Source: an uncultured Mycoplasmataceae bacterium (lineage in GTDB: Bacteria; Bacillota_I; Bacilli_A; Mycoplasmatales; Mycoplasmoidaceae). Taken from it: a DNA stretch of 35,830 nucleotides. The notes below the pieces were generated by a model that was not told the origin of the DNA, did no database searches, and worked only from the letters and a program-made list of their open reading frames with translations. Position 1 is the first letter of the stretch. Each line of letters opens with the position of its first letter. Shown one piece after another: positions 19,618-31,605 of the stretch. The DNA lies in the NCBI GenBank assembly GCA_900316595.1, contig ONDN01000064.1, positions 1-35,830 on the forward strand, in the 5' to 3' direction. A program made the position numbers and the translations under genes.

Positions 19618-20349
19618 ATGAATAGACTAGCTGTTCCTTATTTTAAGATAGAATCTTTCGGAGCAGTAGATGGCCCTGGAATAAGGCTTGTTATTTTTGC
19701 TCAGGGTTGCTACTACCGCTGTTTATATTGTCATAACCCTGAGTCTTGAGACACAAAGAAAAATGTTAAATCAATTTCTGTTGAGGAAATTATCAGTTTA
19801 TATTTAAAAAATAAAGAATTTTATAAAAAGGGTGGCATTACTATTTCTGGTGGCGATCCAACACTTTATTTAGATTTTTTAAGAGAATTAGCTAAAACAT
19901 GTCATGATCAAAAAATTTCATTAGCTATTGATACTGCAGGTGTTAATTTTATCCCTACTAATGAGTTAAAATTCAAGCAAATATGTAAATATAAACCATT
20001 GTGAATCGTTGATATAAAACATATTAACCAACAAAAGCACAAGCAACTAACAGGTGTGACTGAGCAAAGAGAAATTAAACTAATTGAGTTCTTAGACAAA
20101 AATAACCAAATTTTTTGAATTCGCCAAGTTTTTATTCCAAAAATAACTGATAGCAAAAATGATTTAATGAAACTTGGTAAGTTTCTTAAAAAATTAAAAA
20201 ATATGGAGCAATTTGAATTCCTCCCATATCATAACCTTGCAATTGATAAATACAAGAAATTAAAAATCAAATATCCACTTAATGCAACTAAATTGCCAAC
20301 AAAAAAGCAAATTACTGCAGCAATGAATTACATTCTTAACAAAGAGTAG
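19618..20349 (+). CDS. pflA: Pyruvate formate-lyase (glycyl-radical enzyme) activating enzyme, radical SAM
   Basis: The ATG is at 19618: [44 protein letters not shown]... This contains the CxxxCxxC motif, followed by [10 protein letters not shown]. The frame is joined through 3 TGA codons to track ORF 20167..20349. Confidence 0.9.
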
Positions 20350-20351
20350 AT

Positions 20352-20846
20352 TTATTTTTTGCTCTTATTTTTTATCTTTTTCAATGTTACATCGCGTTTA
20401 ACTTCATCGATATAGCGCAATTTGTATAACCATTTAATTTCTTTCCTACTGCAATTAGTTAAATCGCTTTCCATGTATTCCATTCTTTTTCTTGCATACT
20501 CATTAGATTGAAAATATATTAATCTGGATTTATTGAAAATTGTTGCTAAACCATAACCAAACAAAATAAGCAAAACAATAGCTACTATAAATCCAATAAT
20601 TCCAACAGCAAATAATACTTTGCTAGTTGGTCATAAATATTGCTCAGGTAAATTTTCATCAAATTTTAAACCAGCTAATGTTCAACAAACCGCAACACCA
20701 ACAAAAAGTAAAAAAATTATAAAGTAAATACAAACACTTACTCATTTTCATTGTAATCTAGTTTTTTTAGAATAATGAATTCGTTTATATTTAATAGCAA
20801 GTTTATCAGTTAGGTGTTGTTTTTTTTCTACATTACTTTTTTTCAT
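20352..20846 (-). CDS. Hypothetical membrane protein (164 aa, 2 predicted TM helices)
   Basis: The ATG is at 20846-20844. I checked the frame codon by codon down to track ORF 20352..20573 and found only TGA interruptions. The two hydrophobic stretches are VSVCIYFIIFLLFVGVAVCWTLAG and VLFAVGIIGFIVAIVLLILFGYGLA. I recognise no family. Confidence 0.45.
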
Positions 20847-20849
20847 AGA

Positions 20850-22274
20850 TTAATATGCCCGAGCAAAATAAACAATATATTTTGCTTTTTTCTTAGTAAA
20901 GAAACATTTTAAATTTGTATTGTTTGGAAGTTCATTTTTAATACATCTTGGAGTAGCACCAAATTTTTGCTTTAATTCTTTTTCATCTTTTTCACTACCA
21001 GCTCAAGGAGCTACAATCATTTTCTTTTGATCAATTACTTTCTTAAAATTTTCAAGATCATTAACTTCAATAATTCTTGAATCTAAATTTTTCTTTGCGG
21101 AATTATAAAGATTCTTTTTAAATTCAAGAATTAATACTTTAATTCTTTCAGCTACTTTATCAATAGAACAGTGCTCTTTTGTTAAAGTATCTCTTCTCAT
21201 AATTGTTATTTGATTTTGTTTCAAATCATTTGGACCAATAATAATGCTAAAAGGAACACCTGTTGTTTCTGCTCATGCTGCTTTATAACCTAAACCTTTA
21301 TTTGATAAATCTATTTTCAATCGATATTTATCTAATGATTTAGCAATTTTATCAGCAATTATTTTAATCTTTGGTTCTTTATCTGCAAAAATACCAAGAA
21401 TAGCTATTTGAATAGGAGCAATGATAAATGGTAATCTTAATCCATGATCATCAGAATGAGACATAATAATTGCACCAATTAAACGCGTACTTGCGCCAGT
21501 TGATGTTTGATAAACATATTCCAACTTATTATTTTTATCAGTGAATCTAATACCATATGTTTTAGCAAAACTTTGACCTAAATAATGAGATGTACCACAT
21601 TGAAGTGCCTGACCATCTTGCATTAATGCTTCAATTGTATAAGTATTTTCAGCACCAGCAAATCTTTCACCTACTGTCTTTTCACCTTGCAAGCAGGGAA
21701 TTAACAATTCATTAGTTATGAAATCATAATACTCATCAGCCATATTTTTTGCTTGCTTTATTGCTTCATTTTTTGATGAATGAATTGTATGCAATTCATG
21801 TCAAAAGAATTCTGTTGTTCTTAAAAATGGTTTTGTATTTTTTTCTGCACGAAATACATTACACCATTGATTTACTTTTATTGGTAAATCATTATATGAA
21901 GTAACTATCTTTTTAAAATAATCACAAAATAACACCTCGCTAGTTGGACGAACAACATAAGGTTCAGTTAATTCCTCTTTACCTTTTTTTGTTACCAAAA
22001 AAACTTCAGGAGCAAAACCTTCAACATGTTGCTTTTCCTTCATAAATTCAGAATACTTGATGAATGTAGGTAAAGCAACATTAACAATACCATACTTTTT
22101 AAATCTTTTGTCTAATTCTTGTTGAATAATTGACCAGATAGCTCAACCATTTGGCATAAACACTAATTCACCTTTAATAGATGAATATTCAACAAGTTTT
22201 GCTACCTTAACAACATCGGTATATCATTGTGCAAAATCAACATCACGAGGAGTAATTTTTTCTAACTTGTCCAT
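20850..22274 (-). CDS. proS: Proline--tRNA ligase (archaeal/eukaryote-like type lacking the bacterial insertion domain)
   Basis: The ATG is at 22274-22272: MDKLEKITPRDVDFAQWYTDVV... Track ORFs 21003.., 21273.. and 21801.. are all in the same frame. Class II motifs are present (...[20 protein letters not shown]...). The protein ends ...YFARAY with a C-terminal Tyr, which is typical of this ProRS type. Confidence 0.9.
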
Positions 22275-22333
22275 AACTATACTTATTATATTTTTATTTA
22301 TATGCAACAAAAATTGTTAGTTTTATTACCACT

Positions 22334-22843
22334 CTAATCGAGTTCATTTAATTTAAATGGCTCAGTTTTTTCTAATCCTTTAAATTTATCTTGCTTAACA
22401 TACTCATAAGCTAACATCGCAACGCAATTAGACAAATTAAGGGCACGCACTTTATTTGTGATAGGAATTCTTATTGTTTTTGATAAATTATCTTTAAGGA
22501 TTGATTTACTAATCCCAGTAGATTCTTTGCCAAACACAAGATATACATCTTTTTTAGTATCATATTTAATCATACTTGTTGTATTTTTACCATATCTTGT
22601 TATGTAATAAATCTGAGTAGATTTATTTATTTTATTAATCTCAATAAAATCTTGAAAACAATCATATTCACACAATTTTAATTCATTTCAATATGTTACT
22701 GAACTTCTTTTTAAATTTCTATCACTTAAAAAGAATCCATAAGGGCGGATTAAATGTAATTTTGCATTAAATGCTACACATGTTCTTGCAATATTACCAG
22801 TATTTTCAGGAATCTCAGGTTGGAACAAAACAATATTTAACAT
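22334..22843 (-). CDS. trmL: tRNA (cytidine/uridine34-2'-O)-methyltransferase TrmL (SpoU/TrmH family)
   Basis: The ATG is at 22843-22841: [52 protein letters not shown]... This is joined through a TGA to track ORF 22334..22675 (...[11 protein letters not shown]...LNLSNCVAM). Confidence 0.85.
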
Positions 22844-22845
22844 AA

Positions 22846-25800
22846 CTAATCATCAAATAAACTTATTTGATTTGAGTCCCGCAAATCTTTAGTAATGCCT
22901 AAATTATTCATTGTTTCAAAAACACTAACATTAATTCTTCCACGTTGTAATAAATCCTCTTTTGAAATAAAAGGTTTCTGTTCGCGAGCAATCACAATTG
23001 TTCTAGCTGTTGACTCACCTAAGCCAGGAATTACATTAAATGGTGGAAGAATATAATTACCATCAATTTGGAAATCTGTTGCTGATGATTTAGATAAATT
23101 TACATTTTTAAATTTAATTCCTCTTGCAAACATTTCTAACATTACTTCGTAAATTGGAATACCGTCAATTTCTTTTTGCTTTAACTCACTCTTTGAAACT
23201 TTACTATTTAACTTACTTCGTAATTCTTTTATCTTTTCTTTAACAAATTCTGGGCCTTTTAAAGCTGCATCTAAATCAAATAATTCTGAATGAATAGTAT
23301 ATAAACTTGCATAAAATGCTACAGGATAATACATCTTATATCATGCAACCCTTCATGCAGAAATTACATAAGCAGTTGCATGAGCTTTAGGAAATAAATA
23401 AGATATCTTTAAGCATGAATCGATATATCACTTAGGAACTTGGTGTTCATTAATAATTTTTAAATCATTTTCTTTAATACCTTTTCCTTTTCTCACTGTT
23501 TCCATCACATTAAATGCAGTTTCAGATGGTACACCTAGGTTCATTAAATTGGTCATAATGCTATCACGACAAGTTACAACATCTTTCAAAGGCAAATGCG
23601 TTTTTTTAATTAGATCTTGAGCATTACCACTTCATACATTTGTACCATGACTTAATCCTGAAATAGAAATTAAATCATCAAATGATTTTGGTTTTGTTTC
23701 TTTTAAAATTGCTCGAACAAATTCAGTGCCAAATTCTGGCAAACCAATTGCTCCTGTTGTTTCACCCAAAATGTCATCACTATTAATTTTTAATTCCATA
23801 TTAGTACTGAACAATGAAATTACTTTATCATCGTAAAAAGGAATTGTAAGAGGATTAACTCCAGTCATTTGCTCAAGAATTTTTAATTTAGTTGGATCAT
23901 CATGACCCAAAATATCTAGTTTTAATAAGTTTTCATGCAAACTATCAAAAGTAAAATGAGTTGTATATCAAGTCATTTTTTTATCATCTGCAGGATATTG
24001 ATATGGAGTAAAATCAAATACACTCATATCTCTTGGAACAATAATAATACCACCAGGGTGTTGACCAGTAGATCTTTTTACATCAACACATTTAGAAATT
24101 ATTCAATCTAAATAAGCAGAATTTGGTAATTGATCTGGTTGTGTTTTTTCAAAATACGCTTTAACATATCCAAATGCTGTTTTTTCAGCAACAGTAGCAA
24201 TAGTTCCTGCACGGAATGTATATTCATGACCAAATAAATCACGAATAAATTCATGAGCTCTTAATTGATACAAACCAGAAAAATTTAAATCAATATCTGG
24301 TGTTTTCTCACCTCTAAAACCTAAAAATGTTTCAAATGGTATGTTATGACCATCACCAATTAGTTCTGCTCCACATTTTGGACATTTTAATGGTTTTAAG
24401 TTAAATCCATCTGGTTGATCAACATCAAAATTAGTGTAATAACATTTTGGACAGCGGTAATGAGCTGGCAATGGATTTACTTCAGTAATATTTAATAAAT
24501 AAGCAACAAATGATGAACCTACAGAACCTCTTGAACCAACTAAAAAACCATCATTTAAAGATTTTTCAACCAATAAGTGGGCAATCCAATAAATAATTGA
24601 AAAATTATTTGTCAAAATAGAATTTAATTCTTTTTTAACTCTTTTTTTAATTAGTTCATTTGGATTTTTTCCATATACTTCATCTAATTTTTTATCAACA
24701 AATGATAATAATTTTTGATCAACATTTTCAATCTTTGGTGGGTATAATTTTGTTTTAATAGGTTGAAGATCATTATCAATTTGTTTTGCAAATTCATTAG
24801 CATTTTCAATAACAATTTGATTTATTAATTCTTTATCATTTAAGAAACTAAATTCTTCTAGCATCTCATTAGTTGTTCTCAAATGTGTATCTGGAATTAC
24901 ACTATTGTCTCCACCATGGCGATATAAACGATGTGATTCACCACCAAGTAACTTTGAATTAATATAAACTCTTCGACCAATTTGATCTTGTTCATCAAGA
25001 TAATATGCATCACTAACTGCAATAACTTTTTTATTTAATTTATTAGCAACATCAATAATCTTTTTGATTATTGTTTTTACTTGTTCTAATGTAAATTCAT
25101 ATTGATTAATTTTATGCAATAAATTATTTGGCGATGCTACAAATACAAAATCAAGATAATTAATTTCATCAATTAGTTCTTGATTTGTACCATTAATTGC
25201 TACATCAAATAAAGTGCTCTCAGTTGGAGCATTAGCAATAATAAAATCATTTCTTATTGCGTTTAATTCACTATAAAATACCCTAGGGTTTGAATATAGG
25301 TGTTTAGTATTTGAATCAGAAATTAATTTATACAACTTCTTAAATGCTTGATTATTTTTGCAATAAACATCTAGAATATTATCCGGAAATTGACGGTTTC
25401 AATAATTATCATTAGTCAAAGTATTTAATTGATTAAGATTTGTAATTTTGGAAGATTTTAATTGTTTTAACATACAGATTCATACTTTTGTTAATACTTC
25501 CGCATCAAAATCTGCACGATGAGCAATGCTATCATTGTATTCTAAATGATATAAATGAGAAACAGCCCCTAAGTTATGTCGAACAATTTTATTATTAATA
25601 TATCTCGACAATTGCATAGTATCAATAATTGGGTTGTTAATTAACGGTAAATTATTTTGCTGTAATTTCTTATTTATGAAGCGATAGTCAAAATTTATAC
25701 CATTATGAGCAATTAATGTGCATTTACCAATTCATTGTTTTATTCTGTTTAAACCATCAATTAAATCAATACCTTGTTGATCTAACATTTCATTAGTAAT

Positions 25801-27195
25801 ATGTGTTTTTGATGAAATATATGACGAAATCGGTTTTGATGGTTTAATAAAGAAATCAATTCGATCAACAATCTTTAAATCTTTTATTTTTACGGCACCA
25901 AATTCAATTAAATCATTAAATTCATTATTTAATCCGGAAGTCTCAATATCAAATACAACCATTTCAGATTTAATTAAATCCTCATCTCGTGGATTTAATA
26001 CATAAATTGGTGAATCTTTTAATACATTTAATTCCACACCATAAATAATTTTCTGCTTAATTTTTTTTGCTATGTTATATGCATCAGGGAATGATTGAAC
26101 ATTATAGCGATCAATAATACTTATTGCATTTCATCCAAATGTTTTGCTACGTTCAATTAATTCTTTTGTTGATGAAATACCATCAAAAGCAGACATCTTG
26201 GTATGTGCTAGCAATTCAATCCTTTTATTTTTAGCAACATCTTCCCTAATATATTGTTTAGGAGTTTTAATTTTAATAATTTTTCTTACAGAACCAGTCA
26301 ATTCATTCGCATTATATTTATCATTGTTGAATGAACATTCAACAGTAACCCAATCATTTAGTTGAAATTGATCAAGATAAAATGAAGGCAAATTACTTTT
26401 TGAACCATTCATCATTAGATTAATATCAGTCGAAAAACATTTAATCTTAATTGCGCTCTTGAAATCAGTTACTCAAAAAGTATAAATAACAAAACCCCTT
26501 CTAGTTTTAGTTTTGCTAGTTTTAAAAATCTGACATTGTAATACACCATATTTAGTGTTTTCATTAATTTCATCAATACCAATAATATTTTTGATATTGA
26601 CTTTGTTATCTCTTAAAACTTGAGCTTCATTTTCATTTATAAGTTTAATGCTTTTTAATGATCTATTTATTTCATTTATTTTCTGAGTTTTATATAGCTC
26701 TAAATTTTGCTTGTCTTTACTAAAAGTAAATTCCAATTGATTTATTTTAAAACCTGCATTAACAAATTCGTTCAAAATAGAAGATTTTAAGTCATGTAAT
26801 AATTTTTCTTCAAAATCATCAAAATATGAAATTGTAACTTTATCGTTTTCAATTTTAATATCAATAATGTTCAATAAGTTTTCAACTAACGAATCGCTCA
26901 ATGATAATTTGCTTATAAAATACTTAAAATAATCTTTTATATTTTTTTCTGTAAATGAGTGTATCCTACCAATTAGCTCAATTTCAAAAGAATTATGGCA
27001 ATAATTAATTATTGCATATTGAATCTTTTCATAGATGTTTATTGGTAAAATTTTATTTAAAGTGATAACAATTCTTGAATTATTTGTAGATTTATTTAAA
27101 TTAAACTCAAAAGTAGCGTGATCTTTAATTTGACCAAATTCTTCTTCTGTTAAAATTTTTGCACATACAAAAAATTTGCAAAACTTGTCATTCAT
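22846..27195 (-). CDS. polC: DNA polymerase III PolC-type (1449 aa)
   Basis: Six track ORFs (22846.., 23632.., 24103.., 25732.., 26131.., 26473..) all share one frame. The exonuclease motif is [11 protein letters not shown] Zn/Cys cluster reads CPKCYY...CPKCG. The PHP and polymerase core include [17 protein letters not shown] chose the ATG at 27195-27193 (MNDKFCKFF...). Confidence 0.95.
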
Positions 27196-27246
27196 ATATA
27201 TTAATAATATATAAATTAAATAATAAAGAGCCAAAACAAAAAATAG

Positions 27247-28170
27247 TTATTTAGCTACTTTTTGATAAATATTTTTTAATTTAATAACAAAATGATTAAT
27301 TCCAGAACGAGTTATTTTAGTTTTATATGTTTTTTGATACAAATTAGATAATTCAGTAATACTTGCTGTTGGATTATTCAAACGCAATAGACAGAAATTC
27401 TTAAATTTATCTTTTTGTTCCTTATATTTTTGTGATTTTAAAATGGCTTTAATCATTTTTGTTTGCAAATCACTAGCTTTTGTGGATTTTGAGATATTAG
27501 ATACATCAAGATTATTTAAACGATGTAATTGATTATTAAAATCTCTAGAAATGATTGTATCTTCTAATAATGACATATTTTCAATAGCACCAATATGTTT
27601 TAAAAAATCTGAAACCTCTGTTGAACGTTTCAAATATAAAACACTGTTATATTTTCTCTTTAATAAAATTGGTGAAAGTTTTCAATTAATTAATATTTCT
27701 TGTACTAGTCGTAAAAACTTTGGATTTGTGCTTCTAATCTCTAAGTGATAGAATGGTTTAGAAATGTCACTAATACTTCCACCACTTAGAAATGCACCAA
27801 TAACATATGCTCTTTTTTGTAAATCAGTTTTGCAAAATTTAATATCTTTATCTTCCAAAACTTTCAAATTGTTAATAACCTGCTCAAATTTTGATTGTTT
27901 GATTATTAGTCGATAAATACGATTCTTATTGAAATTATTAATTTCACTATATGATAAATAGTGCTCAGTTGTTGCAATCTTATCAATACATTCAGTAATA
28001 AATCTGATTATAAATGAAAAATTAGAGTCAATATAATATTGAACTTTTGATTGTGATAAAGATATTTTTAACTTGTTTGTTAAAAATGATGAAAGAATCA
28101 TCTTTATAGATTCAACATCATATTTTTTATTACAAATTTCTTGCTTAGTCAAAAAACTAAATGTCGGCAT
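27247..28170 (-). CDS. whiA: DNA-binding protein WhiA
   Basis: Track ORFs 27247..27633 and 27682..28179 are in the same frame, and I checked the gap. The protein reads MPTFSFLTKQEI..., with ...AYVIGAFLSGGSISD... (degenerate LAGLIDADG fold). The C-terminal HTH region reads ...ITELSNLYQKTYKTKITRSGINHFV... The ATG at 28170-28168 overlaps the trxB stop as TAATG. Confidence 0.85.
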
Positions 28171-29123
28171 TACTTTCAATTTCTTAAGTATTGCTGAATA
28201 TTTAATGCAGCAATTGTTCCATCGCTAACAGCAATCGTAATTTGTTTAAATTGATTATTTGTTACATCTCCTATTGCATATATTCCTGGAACATTAGTTT
28301 CCATTTTTTGATTATGTATTACATTGCCATCATTATCAAGCAACTTGGTGTTTCTTAAATAATTTGTTGCTGGAATTGAACCAGTGTAATTAAAAATATA
28401 AGAACAATCAATTGTTTGTTGTTTATTAGTATTTACATCTTTAATAATAGCTCCGGTAACTTTATTATCATCTCCTAAAACAGTATCAACTAATGAATTA
28501 AAAACTACTTTTATATTATTTACATGTTTTAATAAATTCAAATCAAATTGTTTTACTCGAAATTGATCATTGCTAACAATTAAATATATTTGCTTACAAA
28601 ATTTTGATAAATAAATTGCATTAGTTAAAGCTAAATCACCACTACCAGTAACTATAACATCTTTATCCTTTGCTAATGCTCCATCACAAATAGCACAATA
28701 ACTTACACCTTTATGTTCATATTTATTTGCATCTTTTGCTTCTAATTTATTTTCAACTGTTCCTGTAGCAATAACTAAAGCTTTAGTGTATCTTATAGCC
28801 CCATCAGTTGTATAAACAACATGGTAATTTAAGTATTGATCAATTTGTGAAACTTCACCAAACAACGAAATAACACCCATTTTTTGTGCATGTTCATACA
28901 TATTTAATGCTAAATCTGCTCCTGAAATTTGCTTATAACCAGGATAATTAGTTATAAGTGGAATATTAACTAATTTTCCACCTGGAATATTTTTTTCAAT
29001 GTAGGCAACTTTATATCCAGCATTACCTAAATAAATACAAGTAGCAAAAGAACTTGGTCCAGCACCAATGACTATTACATCATATGTGTTAGAATCAGAC
29101 ATCATCTTATGTTCTAAACCCAT
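28170..29123 (-). CDS. trxB: Thioredoxin-disulfide reductase
   Basis: The motifs are YDVIVIGAGPSS, the redox-active CAICDG, and GDV. The track ORF end at 28176 is a TGA (Trp). The real stop is TAA at 28172-28170. The start is ambiguous, with ATG candidates at 29123, 29105 or 29102. Confidence 0.9.
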
Positions 29124-29143
29124 ATTAATTTTTTAATTATAAA

Positions 29144-30064
29144 TTATTTGTTTTTAGATTTAAGTATCTTTTCAGATTCAATGTATTCAGGAGATGATTT
29201 AATAATTTTATAGAATGCAAGTGGATCAAGTCCTGCTCTGCCAACCAAAAAACCATCAACACTTCTAACTGTTAAAATTTCTGCAGCATTATTTTCATCT
29301 ACACTACCACCATATAAAATATGAATATTCTTAGCGGTTTCACTATCATATATGCTTCCTATTATCTCACGAATCATTTTGATGTTTTTATCAATTTCGT
29401 CATTTGTAGCTGGAGATTTACCAATGGCTCAAATAGGCTCATAAGCAATAATTACATTGAGTGCTTGATTTGCAGAAACATCTTTTAAATCATTTAGCAA
29501 TTGCTTTGAAAGCATTTTTTGAGTTAACCCATTATCTTTTTCTTCAGCAGTTTCACCAATGCAAAGTATTGGGGTCATTTGATTATTTACTAGTGATTTA
29601 ACAACTTCATTAACATCAGCTTCTTTTAAATTAAAAATTGTTCTTGTCTCATAATGACCAACAATTGCATAGTTAATGTTATATTCGTGAACTTGGTCAT
29701 ATGATATACAACCAGTATATGATCCATTTTCTTTATGATAAACATTTTGTGCAACAGTTAATATTCCTTTTCTAGCCATGCCTACAACTGGCAATAAACC
29801 AATTGCAGTAGGTGCAACTCCAATAAGAACATTACCCATTGTTTTTAATGTTTTATCACTACCAATTAACTTGTTAAATTTTTTAAAGTATGCTTTAATA
29901 TCAGCAAACTTGTTATTCATTTTTCAATTAGCAATAAATATTTTGCTATTAGATTTTGCTAATAATTCACTAACTAATTGCTTTTTAGTTGGCTTTTTTT
30001 GTTTACTTGTTTTTGGTGTTTCAGTTATAGTTTGTTCCACTTTAATTTCTTTTTGATCTTCCAT
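29144..30064 (-). CDS. tpiA: Triosephosphate isomerase with an apparent ~40-aa N-terminal extension
   Basis: Track ORFs 29144..29377 and 29429..29920 are in the same frame. The core motifs are IFIANWKMN and AYEPIWAIG. The only upstream in-frame ATG is at 30064-30062, giving MEDQKEIKVEQTITETPKTSKQKKPTKKQLVSELLAKSNSK-IFIANWKMN. An in-frame stop lies at 30085-30083. A non-ATG start closer to the core cannot be excluded. Confidence 0.85.
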
Positions 30065-30089
30065 AAATATCACTACATAAAATTATATT

Positions 30090-30227
30090 TTATTTTTTGC
30101 AAAATACAAAGACTACAATCATAGCAATAATACAGCAAACAGTAAAAAGTGACAAGCAAATAGTCCAGACTAATCTTTTTATTTTAACTTTATTAATTGA
30201 CTTGGGTTTTTTATTTTGATTTTCCAT
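30090..30227 (-). CDS. Possible 45-aa Cys-rich single-TM micro-ORF
   Basis: ATG at 30227-30225 and TAA at 30092-30090. Translation: MENQNKKPKSINKVKIKRLVWTICLSLFTVCCIIAMIVVFVFCKK. It overlaps the last 17 nt of pepA and has no clear SD. It is supported only by the ORF itself and its hydrophobic pattern. Confidence 0.25.
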   Translation of the reverse strand: MENQNKKPKSINKVKIKRLVWTICLSLFTVCCIIAMIVVFVFCKK

Positions 30228-31572
30228 AAAAATTATTCTTTACATACTCAAATAATGTATCAATCATTACTGGAATTGGATATGATTTACCTCTTGCTTT
30301 AAATTCACTAGTTCCAGCAATATCTAAATGTATAAAATCAACACTTTTTGCAAATTCCTTTAAGAATGAAGCAGCTGAAATAGATCCAGCGCTTGGTTTT
30401 TCAACACAGTTAACTAAGTCCGCAAGCATTGAATCTTTTAGAGCATCAGTGAAATATTGATTAAAAGGCAAATTCCATACATATTCACCTGCAGATTTAG
30501 CAGTTTTATCAAATAAATCAATATTATCAGAATTTGTTGATCAAAATCCAGTATACATATCACCTAAGGCAACAACTATAGCACCAGTTAATGTAGCAAT
30601 AGTTAACACTGATTTAACACCTAAATCTTTAATTGCATAAGTAATTCCATCAGCTAAAATTAATCTACCTTCGGCATCGGTGTTAGTAATTTCCACTGTT
30701 TTTTTAGAATATGAAGTAATTACATCACCAACTTTTGTACAATTAGCACCAATTTCATTAACAGCCAATGGCATTACTACTGCAAAATCTGGCTTCATCT
30801 TATTTAAACAAAATGCATACATAACTCCTGCAGCAATAGCAGCACCAGACATATCATATTGCATTCCTGTTAAATAAGCACTTGGTTTTAAATTGATTCC
30901 ACCAGTATCAAAAGTGATACCCTTACCAACAATAGCAAATTTAGGTTTTGAATTTTTAAATTTAATTGAAATTAATTTTGGTTCATTTTTTTGGTTAGAT
31001 GCATTACCAACTGAGAGAATCAAACCCATTTGTTTCTTAATTAAATCTGACTTGTTTAGTATTTTAATATCAACCAAATTGCTAAAATGTTTAAAATTCT
31101 TTTTAATCATTTCAGCAAATGTAGATGGATTCATATAATTATTTGGCATTAGTTGCAATTGTCTTGCAAAATTTGATGCTTGAACCATCAACTTAGAAAA
31201 ATTTAACATCTTTTGGTATTTGTTATTGATAATGAAATTATTAATAATTTGATTATTTTTATTAGTTTTCAAATTGAATAATAAATCGTTGAAATATTCA
31301 CTATTATTTATCATGCAAGTAATTACAGATTGATGAAAAACATTAGGAATAATAGATAAAAAACTATTTAAATCAACATTAAAACTATTTCTAAATTTAC
31401 CAAATAGTTCACGAATTTTTCAATTAAATCTACGAAAACAAAAATGTTTTTCATCAAGTACAAAAATAATTTTTTGATCTTTTAAAAAATATGAATATTT
31501 TTCATGATCCTTTGTTACTTTATTAGCAACCAAAGTTAATTGAGTTTTTGTCTTACTATTTATTGAATACAT
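30211..31572 (-). CDS. pepA: Leucyl aminopeptidase (M17 family)
   Basis: The ATG is at 31572-31570. Track ORFs 30211.. and 30541.. are in the same frame. The M17 signature NTDAEGRL and VGKGITFDTGG are both present. Confidence 0.9.
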
Positions 31573-31605
31573 AATGTAAATATTTTATATTTATAAGCAT
31601 TAAAA

